64,000 nucleotides of DNA, from NCBI GenBank assembly GCA_019747905.1, contig JAIEQG010000040.1, positions 2,403-66,402 of the forward strand, written 5' to 3'. Source of the DNA: Burkholderiales bacterium. GTDB taxonomy: Bacteria; Pseudomonadota; Gammaproteobacteria; Burkholderiales; Ga0077523. Shown in pieces: positions 8,049 through 17,730 of the stretch (position 1 is the stretch's first letter; the number at the start of each line of letters is the position of its first letter). Both the position numbers and the translations under genes were made by a program. The notes beneath the pieces were generated by a model. It was not told the DNA's origin. It was given only the letters and a program-made list of their open reading frames with translations, and did not search any database.

Positions 8049-11000
8049 TCGAGGCGCTGATCCGCGGCGCGCTGAAACAACGTATCGTGGTCGTGGTGGT
8101 GGCGGCATGCCTGGGACTGTTCGGCCTGGACGCAGCCCGCAAGCTGTCGGTCGACGCGTTTCCCGACGTGACCAATATCCAGGTGCTGGTCGCGACCGAG
8201 GCGCCCGGCAGGTCACCCGAGGAAGTGGAGCGCTTCGTGACCGTGCCGATCGAGATCGGCATGACCGGCCTGCCGGGCTTGACGGAAATGCGCTCGCTCA
8301 TCAAGCCGGGCCTGTCGCTGGTGACCCTGGTCTTCACCGACAGCACGCCGGTCTACTTTGCCCGGCAGCTCGTGATGGAGCGGCTGCTGGAGCTCGGGCC
8401 CCGGCTGCCCGCGGACGTGACGCCGGTGCTGGGGCCCGTGTCCACGGGACTGGGCGAGGTCTACCAGTTCACGCTCGAGCGTGACGACGATGGCGAAAGG
8501 CAACTGGGTGTCGACGAATTGATGCGGCGCCGCGTCGCGCAGGATTGGGTGGTGCGACCACTGCTGCGTTCCATCCCCGGTGTGGCCGAAATCAACTCCC
8601 AGGGCGGCTACGTGCGCCAGTACCAGGTGCGCCTCAACCCCGATCGGATGCATCACTACCGCATCTCGGTACCGCAGGTGTTCGAAGCGTTGAAGAACAA
8701 CAACGCCAACGCGGGCGGGGGCGTGGTACGGCACTACGCGGAGCAGCACCTGATCCGTGGCCTGGGTCTGGTCCGCGACCTCGAAGACATTCGCACCATC
8801 GTCCTGAAGGAGGTCGACGGCACCCCCGTCTACATTCGCAACGTCGCCGACGTGGCCATCGGCCACGAAGTGCGACAGGGCGCGCTCGTCAAGAACGGCG
8901 TGACCGAGGCCGTCGGCGGCATCGTGATGATGATCCGGGGCGGCAACGCGAAGGAGGTGGTGACCAGGGTCCAGGAGCGGGTTGCCGAGATCAACCGCAA
9001 GGGCATGCTGCCGGACGATCTCAAGATCGTGCCGTTCTACGATCGCACCGAACTGGTCGATGCGGCCTTGTGGACCGTGACCAAGGTCCTCATCGAGGGC
9101 GCGATCCTGGTGATCGTGGTGCTGTTCCTGTTCCTCGGCGACGTCCGCTCCAGCCTGATCGTCGTCATGACGCTGCTGCTGACACCGCTCATCACGTTCA
9201 TGGTCATGAACGAGGTGGAGTTGTCCGCGAACCTCATGTCGCTCGGGGGCCTGGCGATCGCGATCGGCCTGGTGGTCGACGGATCGGTGGTAGTGGTCGA
9301 GAACACCTTCGCGCACCTGGGCCGTCCCGGGCACCCGGGAGCGAATCGGTTGCACACCATCTTCGAAGCGGTCGTGGAGGTCGCCACGCCGGTGGTGTTC
9401 GGCGTGGGCATCATCATCCTCGTCTTCGTGCCGCTCATGACGCTGCAGGGCATGGAAGGCAAGATGTTCGCGCCGCTCGCCTACACCATCGCCATCGCGC
9501 TCACCATCTCGCTGGTGCTGTCGCTCGTGCTGTCGCCGGTGCTGTGCGCCTACGGGCTGAAGGGCGGCCGCGATCACGACACCTGGCTCATCGCGGCGGT
9601 GAAGCGCCCCTACCTGCCGCTGTTGCATGCGGCGATCGCTCGACCCGTCGCGACGGTAGCGGTGAGTGGCATCGCTTTCGCGGGTTCGCTGGCGCTCATC
9701 CCGTTCCTCGGAACCTCGTTCATCCCCGAGATGAAGGAAGGGTCGCTGGTGCCCAACGTGATCCGGGCGCCCAACATCGCCATCGAGGAATCGATCGAGC
9801 TCGAGATGCAGGCCATGCGGCTGATCCGCGAGATTCCCGGGGTCAAGTCGGCAGTATCCGGCCTTGGCCGAGGGGAGAGCCCGGCCGACCCACAGGCGCA
9901 GAACGAATCCTCCCCGATCGTGAGCCTGAAACCGCGCAACGAGTGGCCCGCCGGATGGGACCAGGACACCATCGCCGATGCGATCCGGGAAAAGCTGCGC
10001 GCCATCCCCGGCGCGCAGATCGTCATGGCGCAGCCCATCTCCGATCGTGTCGACGAACTCGTGACCGGCGTGCGCTCCGACGTCGCGGTCAAGGTGTTCG
10101 GCGACGACATGAACACGCTCAAGCGGACGGCGGACGAGATCGCACGTGTCGCCGGCGGCATACGCGGTGCCCAGGATATCCGTGTCGAGCGGGCGACCGG
10201 ACAGCAATACCTCGCGATCGACGTGGATCGCCCGACCATCGCGCGCTATGGCATCAACGTGTCGGACGTGCACGACGTGATCGAGATGGCGATCGGCGGC
10301 AAGGTGGCGACCCAGATCTACGAAGGTGAGCGGCGCTTCGAGGGCAGCGTGCGTTTGCTCGAGCAGTTTCGCAACAACGGCGAGGCGATCCGCAAGCTGC
10401 TGCTGCCGACGCCGAGCGGTGCCCAGGTGTCCTTGGAAAGTCTGGCCGACATCCGTTTGATCGAAGGGCCGGCGCAGGTGAGCCGCGAGTCGGCGAAACG
10501 GCGCCTGGTGGTGGGCATCAACGTGCGCGATCGCGACCTCGGCGGCTTCGTCGCGGAGCTGCAACAGGTCATCGCCGCCAAGATCAATCTGCCGGAGAGC
10601 TACTACCTCGTCTACGGCGGCCAGTTCCAGAACATGGAACGCGCGCTGGGTCATCTGTCGATCATCGTGCCGGTGACCATCGCCGGCATCTTCTTTCTGC
10701 TGTTCCTGCTGTTCCGGTCGCTCAAGCTGGCGATCCTCATCATCATGGTGCTGCCGTTCGCGTCGATCGGCGGCATCGTCGCCCTGTACGTGAGCGGGGA
10801 GTATCTCTCGGTGCCTGCATCGGTCGGTTTCATCGCGCTGTGGGGCATCGCGGTGCTGAACGGCGTGGTGCTCGTCACTTACATCCGGTCGCTGCGGATG
10901 GAGGGCCAGTCGGTGGAGAACGCCATCGTGAACGGCACCACCTTGCGCCTGCGCCCCGTGCTCATGACGGCAACGGTCGCCATGCTGGGGCTCATTCCCT

Positions 11001-11146
11001 TCCTGTTCGCCACCGGGCCGGGGTCGGAGGTGCAACGCCCGTTGGCCGTGGTGGTGATCGGCGGCCTCATCACGTCGACGCTGCTCACCCTGGTGATGCT
11101 GCCGGTGCTGTACAGGTGGTTCGACGAGGTGAAAGTGGAGGCGTGA
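8045..11146 (+). CDS. CusA/CzcA-family heavy-metal-type RND inner-membrane transporter
   Basis: TTG 8045 overlaps the adaptor stop (TTGA). The N-terminus LIEALIRGALKQRIVVVVVAA...SVDAFPDVTNIQVLV and the TM4 region NLMSLGGLAIAIGLVVDGSVVVVEN are characteristic of the HME-RND family. Predicted length is about 1033 aa. Confidence 0.9.
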   Translation: MIEALIRGALKQRIVVVVVAACLGLFGLDAARKLSVDAFPDVTNIQVLVATEAPGRSPEEVERFVTVPIEIGMTGLPGLTEMRSLIKPGLSLVTLVFTDSTPVYFARQLVMERLLELGPRLPADVTPVLGPVSTGLGEVYQFTLERDDDGERQLGVDELMRRRVAQDWVVRPLLRSIPGVAEINSQGGYVRQYQVRLNPDRMHHYRISVPQVFEALKNNNANAGGGVVRHYAEQHLIRGLGLVRDLEDIRTIVLKEVDGTPVYIRNVADVAIGHEVRQGALVKNGVTEAVGGIVMMIRGGNAKEVVTRVQERVAEINRKGMLPDDLKIVPFYDRTELVDAALWTVTKVLIEGAILVIVVLFLFLGDVRSSLIVVMTLLLTPLITFMVMNEVELSANLMSLGGLAIAIGLVVDGSVVVVENTFAHLGRPGHPGANRLHTIFEAVVEVATPVVFGVGIIILVFVPLMTLQGMEGKMFAPLAYTIAIALTISLVLSLVLSPVLCAYGLKGGRDHDTWLIAAVKRPYLPLLHAAIARPVATVAVSGIAFAGSLALIPFLGTSFIPEMKEGSLVPNVIRAPNIAIEESIELEMQAMRLIREIPGVKSAVSGLGRGESPADPQAQNESSPIVSLKPRNEWPAGWDQDTIADAIREKLRAIPGAQIVMAQPISDRVDELVTGVRSDVAVKVFGDDMNTLKRTADEIARVAGGIRGAQDIRVERATGQQYLAIDVDRPTIARYGINVSDVHDVIEMAIGGKVATQIYEGERRFEGSVRLLEQFRNNGEAIRKLLLPTPSGAQVSLESLADIRLIEGPAQVSRESAKRRLVVGINVRDRDLGGFVAELQQVIAAKINLPESYYLVYGGQFQNMERALGHLSIIVPVTIAGIFFLLFLLFRSLKLAILIIMVLPFASIGGIVALYVSGEYLSVPASVGFIALWGIAVLNGVVLVTYIRSLRMEGQSVENAIVNGTTLRLRPVLMTATVAMLGLIPFLFATGPGSEVQRPLAVVVIGGLITSTLLTLVMLPVLYRWFDEVKVEA

Positions 11147-11160
11147 GGCAAGTGCCGGGC

Positions 11161-11991
11161 ATGTCCAATCCGGTCTCGAAGACCGCCTGGTACTGCACCG
11201 GCGTTCGCATGCAGGACGCCCGCTCGTCGAATCCGCTCGTGGGTGACGCCTGGGCCGAGCGATTCCTGGATGACGAAGGTCGCCGGGTGTTCGAACGGTT
11301 TGCCGATCTCGAGTACGCCAACGGTGCGAACATCGTGCGTCACTGGTTGATCGATCAATGGCTCGAAGCGCGGCTGGCTGCGCAACCGGACCGTCGAATC
11401 ATCCTCGTGGGCGCCGGCTTCGATTCCCGCGCGCTGCGTCTCGACGGCGGCCGATGGATCGAAGTGGACGAGGCGGCCGTGATCGAGCGCAAGCAGGCGG
11501 TCGCCCCGGCCAGTGCGAGTCCCAATCCGCTGATCCGTATCGCGATCGACTTCGCCCGCGAGTCGCTCGCGGACAAGCTGGCGCCGCACGCGACCGACGC
11601 GCCGGTGACGGTGGTGATGGAGGGTGTCGTCTATTACCTCGACGCGGCCGCCATTGCGGTGAGTGCGAAGACCTTGGGGATTCTGTTTCCGCGACACGAA
11701 CTGATCTGCGACCTGCAGTCGAACGCTTTCGTGCAGCGTTGGGGAAAACGGATCATCGAGCGCATCGCGATCCTTGGGGCGCGCTGGCGCTTTCATCCGT
11801 CCGATCCGGTGGCTGCCATCGAGGCGCTCGGATACGAGCGGCGCGAGTGTCTGTCCATCGCCCTGCGGGCGGCCGAACTGAAGCGTGTGCGCGTACCGGC
11901 CATGATGATCCGGTACCTCCTGCCGTCGTTGCGTGACGGTTACCGATTGTGCGCGTTCGCGCGCCGTGAACCGACTCTTCCGAGCCCGTAG
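11161..11991 (+). CDS. Class I SAM-dependent methyltransferase (leucine carboxyl / O-methyltransferase family)
   Basis: ILVGAGFDSRALRL and VVMEGVVYYL motifs of the LCMT/TIGR00027-like family. It starts 14 nt after the RND stop. GTG 11152 is an alternative start. Confidence 0.75.
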   Translation: MSNPVSKTAWYCTGVRMQDARSSNPLVGDAWAERFLDDEGRRVFERFADLEYANGANIVRHWLIDQWLEARLAAQPDRRIILVGAGFDSRALRLDGGRWIEVDEAAVIERKQAVAPASASPNPLIRIAIDFARESLADKLAPHATDAPVTVVMEGVVYYLDAAAIAVSAKTLGILFPRHELICDLQSNAFVQRWGKRIIERIAILGARWRFHPSDPVAAIEALGYERRECLSIALRAAELKRVRVPAMMIRYLLPSLRDGYRLCAFARREPTLPSP

Positions 11992-12001
11992 GGCGGACCG
12001 C

Positions 12002-14119
12002 CTAAGCGGCCGACACTCGCGCCGCCGCCGGCTGTGGTGCCTGGTTGTCCTGAATCCACCCCAGCAGATCCGCCGCCGGCATCGGCCGCGCGAAGAGAAA
12101 CCCCTGCAGTTGTTCGCATTGCAGCTGGACCAGCACGTCGCGCTGATGCTCGGTCTCCACGCCTTCGGCGACCACCTCGAGCCCGAGCGCGTGGGCGAGA
12201 CTCACCACGGCTTTCACCACGGCGAGCGCATCGACGCTCTGGTCCAGGTCGTGCACGAAACTGCGATCGATCTTGAGCTGCGTGGCCGGCAAGCGCCGCA
12301 GATAGGCGAGGCTCGAGTAGCCTGTGCCGAAGTCGTCGATCGCGAGCGACACGCCGAGCGCGGACAGTTCCGAGAACGATCGCATCGTCGTCTGCGTGTC
12401 CTCCATGGCTGCCGACTCCGTGATCTCGAAGGTGAGCAGCTTCGGGTCGATGCGGTGTTCTTCGAGGGCGCGGCGGATGCGCGGCACCAGGTCCTCGCGG
12501 CGCAGTTGGTGCACCGAGAGGTTGACCGCGACCGGCAATGTGGTGCCGGCATCCTGCCATTGGCGGATCTGGCGGCAGGCGTTGTCGAGAACCCACTGGC
12601 CGAGGGATCCGATCAGACCGAATCGTTCCGCCAGCGGCACGAAGATGGCGGGACTCACCATGCCGCGCACCGGATGGCGCCAGCGCAACAGCGCCTCGGC
12701 TCCGGTCACGCGGCCCGATCGGCTGCCGATCTTGGGCTGGTAGTGCAGCTCGAGCTCGTTGCGTTCGATTGCGAGACGCAGTTCACTCTGCAGGTCGACC
12801 TGGCCGCGCACGTCGACGTCCATTCGCGGGGTCCACACCACGTAAGTGGCACCGCCCGCGTGCTTGGCCATGTACATCGCAGCGTCGGCGCGCGTGATGA
12901 GCTTGTCGGGCGATCCGTGGTCCGGCGCCAGCGACACGCCGATGGAGCAGGAAAGCTGCACTTCGCGCCCCTCCAGCGCGAATGGCCGGCCCAGCATCGT
13001 GAGGGTTCGCCGCGCGATCACCTCGGCGAACGTTTCGTCGGGTGCGTCTTCCAGCAGCAGCACGAACTCGTCGCCGCCGATGCGCGCCACGGTGTCGCCC
13101 TCGCGCGTCAGGGCCCGGAGCCGCGCAGCGACTTCCTGCAGGACCGTGTCGCCGGCCGTATGGCCGAACGAGTCGTTGATCGGCTTGAAGCCGTCGAGGT
13201 CCACGAACAGGACGGCGATCCGGCCGCCGTGGCGCTCGGCTCGCATCACGGCCTGCTCGAGGCGGTCTTCCAGCACGAGGCGGTTGCACAGTCCGGTGAG
13301 CGGGTCGCGGAACGCCGAGTGCTTCAATTCGTCGTTGGCCACCTGCAAGGACCGGGCAAGACGTGCCGTCTGGCTCTGCATGCGCGCATCGAGCGCCGAC
13401 GTGAACATCGTCATGATCATCAGCGCGCCGGCGCCCACCAGCACCAGCATGCCGAGGCTGTCGCCACGCAGGCCATTGGCGGTCAGGCAGATGGAGCCGG
13501 TGGGAAAATGCGCCGCAGCCATGCCCGTGTAGTGCATGCCGCAGATGGCGATCCCCATTACGGTCGCCGCCACCACTTGCCAGCCGATGGCGTGCATGCC
13601 GCTCACGCGGCGCAGCCAGAAGAAGATCGTGAGCGCCACGGCCGAGGCCGCCGCGGCGATGGCTGCGGACAGTGCCACCATCCAGGGGTTCCAGACGATC
13701 GCCGGCGCCATCACCATCGCGAGCATGCCGATGTAGTGCATGGCGCAGATGCCGAAGGCCATGGCCACCGCGGCAAAACTGAGGTCCCGCATCGTCAGGG
13801 TTTCACGGCTCGCCACGCGCAGGGCCATGCCCGAAACGGCCACAGCCGCGAGCCACGACACGAACGTCAGGATGCGGTCATAGCCAACCGCCAGCGGCAA
13901 CTGGAACGCGAACATGCCGACGAAGTGCATGGCCCAGATGCCGGTGCCCAACGCGACGGAACCGCCGGTCCACCACCCGAACACCACGGCACGGTCCGGG
14001 GTGCGCACCCGTTTGGCGAGGTCGAGAGCGACGTAGGACGCGAAGATCGCGAGGGCGACCGAGGCGCAGACGACCCAGGGGTCGTAGGTGGGGTTGAGGT
14101 AGGAGGTATCGGACAGCAT
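12002..14119 (-). CDS. MHYT-GGDEF-EAL membrane sensor, bifunctional diguanylate cyclase/phosphodiesterase (MucR-like architecture)
   Basis: Three MHYT-type TM repeats (AMHFVGM, AMHYIGM, GMHYTGM). A GGDEF domain follows (RIGGDEFVLL), then an EAL domain (GAEALLRW, DDFGTGYSSL). I started it at ATG 14119 (MLSDTSYLN), not the track's 14380. Confidence 0.9.
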   Translation of the reverse strand: MLSDTSYLNPTYDPWVVCASVALAIFASYVALDLAKRVRTPDRAVVFGWWTGGSVALGTGIWAMHFVGMFAFQLPLAVGYDRILTFVSWLAAVAVSGMALRVASRETLTMRDLSFAAVAMAFGICAMHYIGMLAMVMAPAIVWNPWMVALSAAIAAAASAVALTIFFWLRRVSGMHAIGWQVVAATVMGIAICGMHYTGMAAAHFPTGSICLTANGLRGDSLGMLVLVGAGALMIMTMFTSALDARMQSQTARLARSLQVANDELKHSAFRDPLTGLCNRLVLEDRLEQAVMRAERHGGRIAVLFVDLDGFKPINDSFGHTAGDTVLQEVAARLRALTREGDTVARIGGDEFVLLLEDAPDETFAEVIARRTLTMLGRPFALEGREVQLSCSIGVSLAPDHGSPDKLITRADAAMYMAKHAGGATYVVWTPRMDVDVRGQVDLQSELRLAIERNELELHYQPKIGSRSGRVTGAEALLRWRHPVRGMVSPAIFVPLAERFGLIGSLGQWVLDNACRQIRQWQDAGTTLPVAVNLSVHQLRREDLVPRIRRALEEHRIDPKLLTFEITESAAMEDTQTTMRSFSELSALGVSLAIDDFGTGYSSLAYLRRLPATQLKIDRSFVHDLDQSVDALAVVKAVVSLAHALGLEVVAEGVETEHQRDVLVQLQCEQLQGFLFARPMPAADLLGWIQDNQAPQPAAARVSAA

Positions 14120-14310
14120 CTTTTGGCGCAGCGCGTCCGGCGGGCTCTGGGGCGGCAGTCGCTCTCGGGGAGTAACGGCTGCCCCTGCGTCAGCTTGAGA
14201 GAATGGCGCGCTCGCGACCGCGCGAATACCCATGCAATGGGTACGGTATTGACCGGGTCGAACGCATCGGGATTCCGTAGAATCGCGCCTTTCGTCCGCG
14301 TTTTTTGCCC

Positions 14311-15540
14311 ATGGCCCCGCTGATTCGCCCTTTTGCGGCACTTCGACCCGCCCCACGCTTCGCCGCAGAAGTGGCTGCACCGCCGTACGATGTCCTCACG
14401 TCGGCCGAGGCCCGTACCCGGGCGATCGGCAAGCCCGCAAGCTTCCTGCACATCTCGAAGCCGGAGATCGACCTGGCGGAGGGCGTGGACCCGCATGCGC
14501 CCGAGGTCTACCGGAAGGCGGCGGAGAACCTGAACCGGCTGCGCGAACAGGGCGTGCTGACGCGCGACCGCAAACCAGCCTATTACGCCTGGCGCATGAC
14601 CATGGGCACGCACGTGCAGACCGGCATCGCGCTGACCGCATCGGTCAGCGCGTACGATGCGAACCGGGTGCGCAAGCACGAGTTCACGCGGCCGGACAAG
14701 GAAGACGATCGTGTGCGGCAGATCGAAGCCCTGAACGCCCAGACCGGGCCGGTGTTGCTTGCGTACCCCGCAGCACCGGAGATCGACGCGCTGCTGGGAG
14801 CGATCACCGGCAGCACGCCGGCGCTCGACATCGTCGCCGACACCGGTGTGCGCCACGAGCTCTGGGACATCGCCGATGCCGCGAGCATCGAAGTTGTCAC
14901 GAACGCGTTCGAACGTCTGCCGGCGCTCTACATCGCGGATGGTCACCACCGGTCCGCAGCCGCATCGCGCGTTGCCGCCGCACGCCGCACCAGCGATGCC
15001 ATCGCCAGTCACGAGTATTTTCTGGCGGTGGCGTTTCCCCACCACCGCATGCAGATCCTGCCGTACCACCGTGCCGTGAAGGACCTGCACGGACTCACAC
15101 CCGAGGCGTTTCTCGCTGCCGTGCGGCAGCGCTTCGCGGTAGAGGCGAGTGCCGTACCGGTGCAGCCTGCCGAGCCGCACGAGTTCGGCCTGTACGTCGC
15201 TCGGCAGTGGCATCGGTTGACGGTCCGACCCGACCTCGTGCCGACCGACCCGGTCGCGCGCCTCGATGTGAGCCTGCTCGCGGACCGGTTGCTGGCGCCG
15301 GCGCTCAGCATCACCGATCCGCGGCGCGACCCGCGCATCGATTTCATCGGCGGCATTCGCGGCCTGCCGGAACTAGAGCGACGCGTGAACAGCGGCGAGA
15401 TGGCGTGTGCCATCGCCATGTATCCGACGCGCATGGAGGATCTCATGGCGGTGGCCGATTCAGGGCAGGTGATGCCCCCGAAGTCCACGTGGTTCGAGCC
15501 GAAACTGGCCGATGGGCTGCTCTCGCATGTCCTCGACTAG
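14311..15540 (+). CDS. DUF1015 domain protein
   Basis: N-terminus MAPLIRPFAALRP, with a conserved YIADGHHR and a C-terminal PPKSTWFEPK. This matches the DUF1015 family as I remember it. Confidence 0.85.
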   Translation: MAPLIRPFAALRPAPRFAAEVAAPPYDVLTSAEARTRAIGKPASFLHISKPEIDLAEGVDPHAPEVYRKAAENLNRLREQGVLTRDRKPAYYAWRMTMGTHVQTGIALTASVSAYDANRVRKHEFTRPDKEDDRVRQIEALNAQTGPVLLAYPAAPEIDALLGAITGSTPALDIVADTGVRHELWDIADAASIEVVTNAFERLPALYIADGHHRSAAASRVAAARRTSDAIASHEYFLAVAFPHHRMQILPYHRAVKDLHGLTPEAFLAAVRQRFAVEASAVPVQPAEPHEFGLYVARQWHRLTVRPDLVPTDPVARLDVSLLADRLLAPALSITDPRRDPRIDFIGGIRGLPELERRVNSGEMACAIAMYPTRMEDLMAVADSGQVMPPKSTWFEPKLADGLLSHVLD

Positions 15541-15541
15541 C

Positions 15542-16789
15542 ATGAGCCCTCCACGCGAAGCCGTGCCCGGATCGTTCGACGTCGAGTCCCTGTTGCGCGC
15601 CGAATTGCCGCCGGCGGCTGTGCGCTGGACCGGCTTTCCCGAGTTCAATCTCGTCGGTGGCCACAACGATGCGGCCAGTGTTCCCGTCGACGGACTGATC
15701 GAGGCCGCGACCAGCGTGCTGCAGCGTGAAGGCCCGACGCTGTCGACCTACGGCCTGGCGAGCGGGCCGCTCGGCTACCTGCCGCTGCGCGAGTTCATCG
15801 TCCGCAAGCTCGAACGCGATGCCGGTATCCGCTGTACGCCCGACGAAGTGCTGATCACGTCCGGTTCGCTGCAGGGGCTCGATCTGGTCAACGACGTCTT
15901 CCTCGCGCCGGGCGACACGGTGGTCGTGGAGGACATGAACTACGCCGGAAGTCTCTCGCGGCTGAAGCGCTGCGGAGCCAACATCGTCGGCGTCCCCCTC
16001 GATGCCGGAGGGATGCGCATGGATGCGCTCGATGCCGCATTGGCGGATCTCGCGCGACGCGGGATCCGGCCGAAGTTCATCTACACCATTCCCACGGTAC
16101 AGAACCCCACCGCCACTGTCATGAGCATGGAGCGACGCGTCAGGCTGCTCGAACTTGCGGAACGTTACGGTACGGCCATCTTCGAGGACGAGTGCTATGC
16201 CGATCTGACGTGGGACGGTGCGCGTCCGCCGGCGCTACGGGGCATGGCAGGGGGCGATCGGGTCGTTCACATCGGGTCGTTCTCGAAGACGATCGCACCG
16301 GCCTTGCGCATCGGCTATCTGGTTGCCAGTTGGCCGCTGATGAGCCACATCCTGGCACTGAAGACCGATGGTGGCACCGGTGCTCTGGACCAGATGGTGC
16401 TGGCCGAGTACTGCGCGACGCATTTCGACTCGCACGTGATGGCCCTGCGCGCGACCTTGCGGCGCAAGGTCGAGGTGCTCATGGCGGCGGTACGCGACAG
16501 CTTCGGCGCATCGGCGACTTTCTCGGATCCGACCGGCGGCATCTTCCTGTGGATTGCGCTGCCGAAGCCGGTGGACACGACACGCCTCGCCCAGGTGGCG
16601 CTGCAGGCCGGTGTCGCGATCAATCCGGGTGCCGAGTGGATGACCGATGGCGCGACCGGGCGATCGTGGTTCAGAGTGTGTTTCGCGCATCCGGACGAGG
16701 CGACGATGCGCAACGGCGTGGCGCGGCTTGCCGAGGTGTGTCGGCGCGAGTTCGGTGTGCCGGCAGTGGCGGGCGGCACGCATCGCTGA
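15542..16789 (+). CDS. PLP-dependent aminotransferase (class I/II fold)
   Basis: GSFSKTIAPALRIGYL PLP-lysine motif, plus YTIPTVQNPT. The start is uncertain (ATG 15512, 15527 or 15542); I chose the one just after the DUF1015 stop. Confidence 0.8.
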   Translation: MSPPREAVPGSFDVESLLRAELPPAAVRWTGFPEFNLVGGHNDAASVPVDGLIEAATSVLQREGPTLSTYGLASGPLGYLPLREFIVRKLERDAGIRCTPDEVLITSGSLQGLDLVNDVFLAPGDTVVVEDMNYAGSLSRLKRCGANIVGVPLDAGGMRMDALDAALADLARRGIRPKFIYTIPTVQNPTATVMSMERRVRLLELAERYGTAIFEDECYADLTWDGARPPALRGMAGGDRVVHIGSFSKTIAPALRIGYLVASWPLMSHILALKTDGGTGALDQMVLAEYCATHFDSHVMALRATLRRKVEVLMAAVRDSFGASATFSDPTGGIFLWIALPKPVDTTRLAQVALQAGVAINPGAEWMTDGATGRSWFRVCFAHPDEATMRNGVARLAEVCRREFGVPAVAGGTHR

Positions 16790-16795
16790 GGTTTT

Positions 16796-16887
16796 GCCCC
16801 CACCCTGACCCTCCCCCGGCGCAGCCGGGGGAGGGGATTTACACCCCTTCCCCCACGCTGCGCGTGGGGGAAGGTTGGGATGGGGGC
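16796..16887. repeat. REP-like nested-palindrome intergenic repeat, copy A
   Basis: GCCCCCACCCTGACC / CTCCCCCGGcgcagCCGGGGGAG / CCCCTTCCCCCACgctgcgcGTGGGGGAAGG / TTGGGATGGGGGC. These are two inner hairpins flanked by outer inverted arms. It lies between convergent genes. Confidence 0.85.
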
Positions 16888-16891
16888 TGCT

Positions 16892-17632
16892 TTAAAAGCT
16901 CTCCTTGAACGGCCGCAGATCCACCTCCTGCGCCCACGCGGAGCGGGGTTGCCGGTGGAGGTGCCAATAGGTCTCCGCGATCGCATCGATGCCGAGCAAG
17001 CCGTCTTCCCCGCGTTCGGCAACGATGGCCGGGCGGAAGCGGCGCAGGCGATCGCCGTCGATTCCGCCGTCGATCACCACGTGCGCGACGTGGATGCCTT
17101 GCGGTCCGTACTCGCGTGCCATGCTCTGGGCGAGCATTCGCAGGCCTGCCTTCGCCGCGGCGAAGTGCGCGTAGCCCGGCTTGCCGCGCAGGCTGGCAGA
17201 GGCGCCGGTGAACAGGACCGTGCCGCGCCCCAGCGGGACCATGCGCCGCGCCGCTTCGCGCCCGACGAGGAAGCCGCCGTAGCAGCCGACCCGCCAGAAG
17301 CTCTCGAACTGTTCCGCCGTCAGTTCGCGCAGGTCGATGTGCTGGTTGTTGCCGGCGTTGTAAGCCACCAGATCCACCGGATCGAGGCCGGTGCCGGGTG
17401 ACATCGCGCGATCGAAGGCAGCGATGACGTCGGACTCCTGCGTGATGTCGGCGGGCAGCGCCGCAGCGCTCCCACCGGCGTTCTCGATGGTGCGCACGAC
17501 CTGCTCGAGCTTCGCGGGCGTTCGTCCCGAGACCAGGACGTGATGCCCTCCGGCGGCGAACCGGCGACACAACGCCGCGCCCAGACCGCGCTCGGCGCCG
17601 ACTCCGAAGACGATGGCGACGGGTCTACCCAT
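16892..17632 (-). CDS. SDR-family oxidoreductase
   Basis: A 246-aa ORF with a Rossmann N-terminus VAIVFGVGAERGLGAAL and an IHVAHVVIDGGIDG segment typical of a known SDR subfamily. Confidence 0.85.
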   Translation of the reverse strand: MGRPVAIVFGVGAERGLGAALCRRFAAGGHHVLVSGRTPAKLEQVVRTIENAGGSAAALPADITQESDVIAAFDRAMSPGTGLDPVDLVAYNAGNNQHIDLRELTAEQFESFWRVGCYGGFLVGREAARRMVPLGRGTVLFTGASASLRGKPGYAHFAAAKAGLRMLAQSMAREYGPQGIHVAHVVIDGGIDGDRLRRFRPAIVAERGEDGLLGIDAIAETYWHLHRQPRSAWAQEVDLRPFKESF

Positions 17633-17730
17633 GATGGGACCTCATTGAGCGAGTGAATCGTTGTACTGGAACTCGGGCCCAGCCGGCGCCGGGCTGCCCC
17701 GAGAGAGGTGGGCCCCCGGGGGGCGCCACA

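Noticed and set aside
8213-11035. A 940-aa reverse-strand ORF antisense to the RND transporter.
   Set aside because: Its His/Asp/Arg/Gln-rich composition is implausible, and it is fully antisense to a gene with strong family motifs. This is a typical high-GC shadow ORF.
14248-14282. TTGACC ... TAGAAT as a sigma-70 promoter for the DUF1015 gene.
   Set aside because: The two hexamers are separated by 23 nt, far from the ~17-nt optimum. I did not report it as a feature.
13867-15213. A 448-aa reverse ORF spanning the MHYT-gene start and the DUF1015 gene.
   Set aside because: It is antisense to the DUF1015 gene, which has conserved family motifs, and it crosses an intergenic region. No motif is present.
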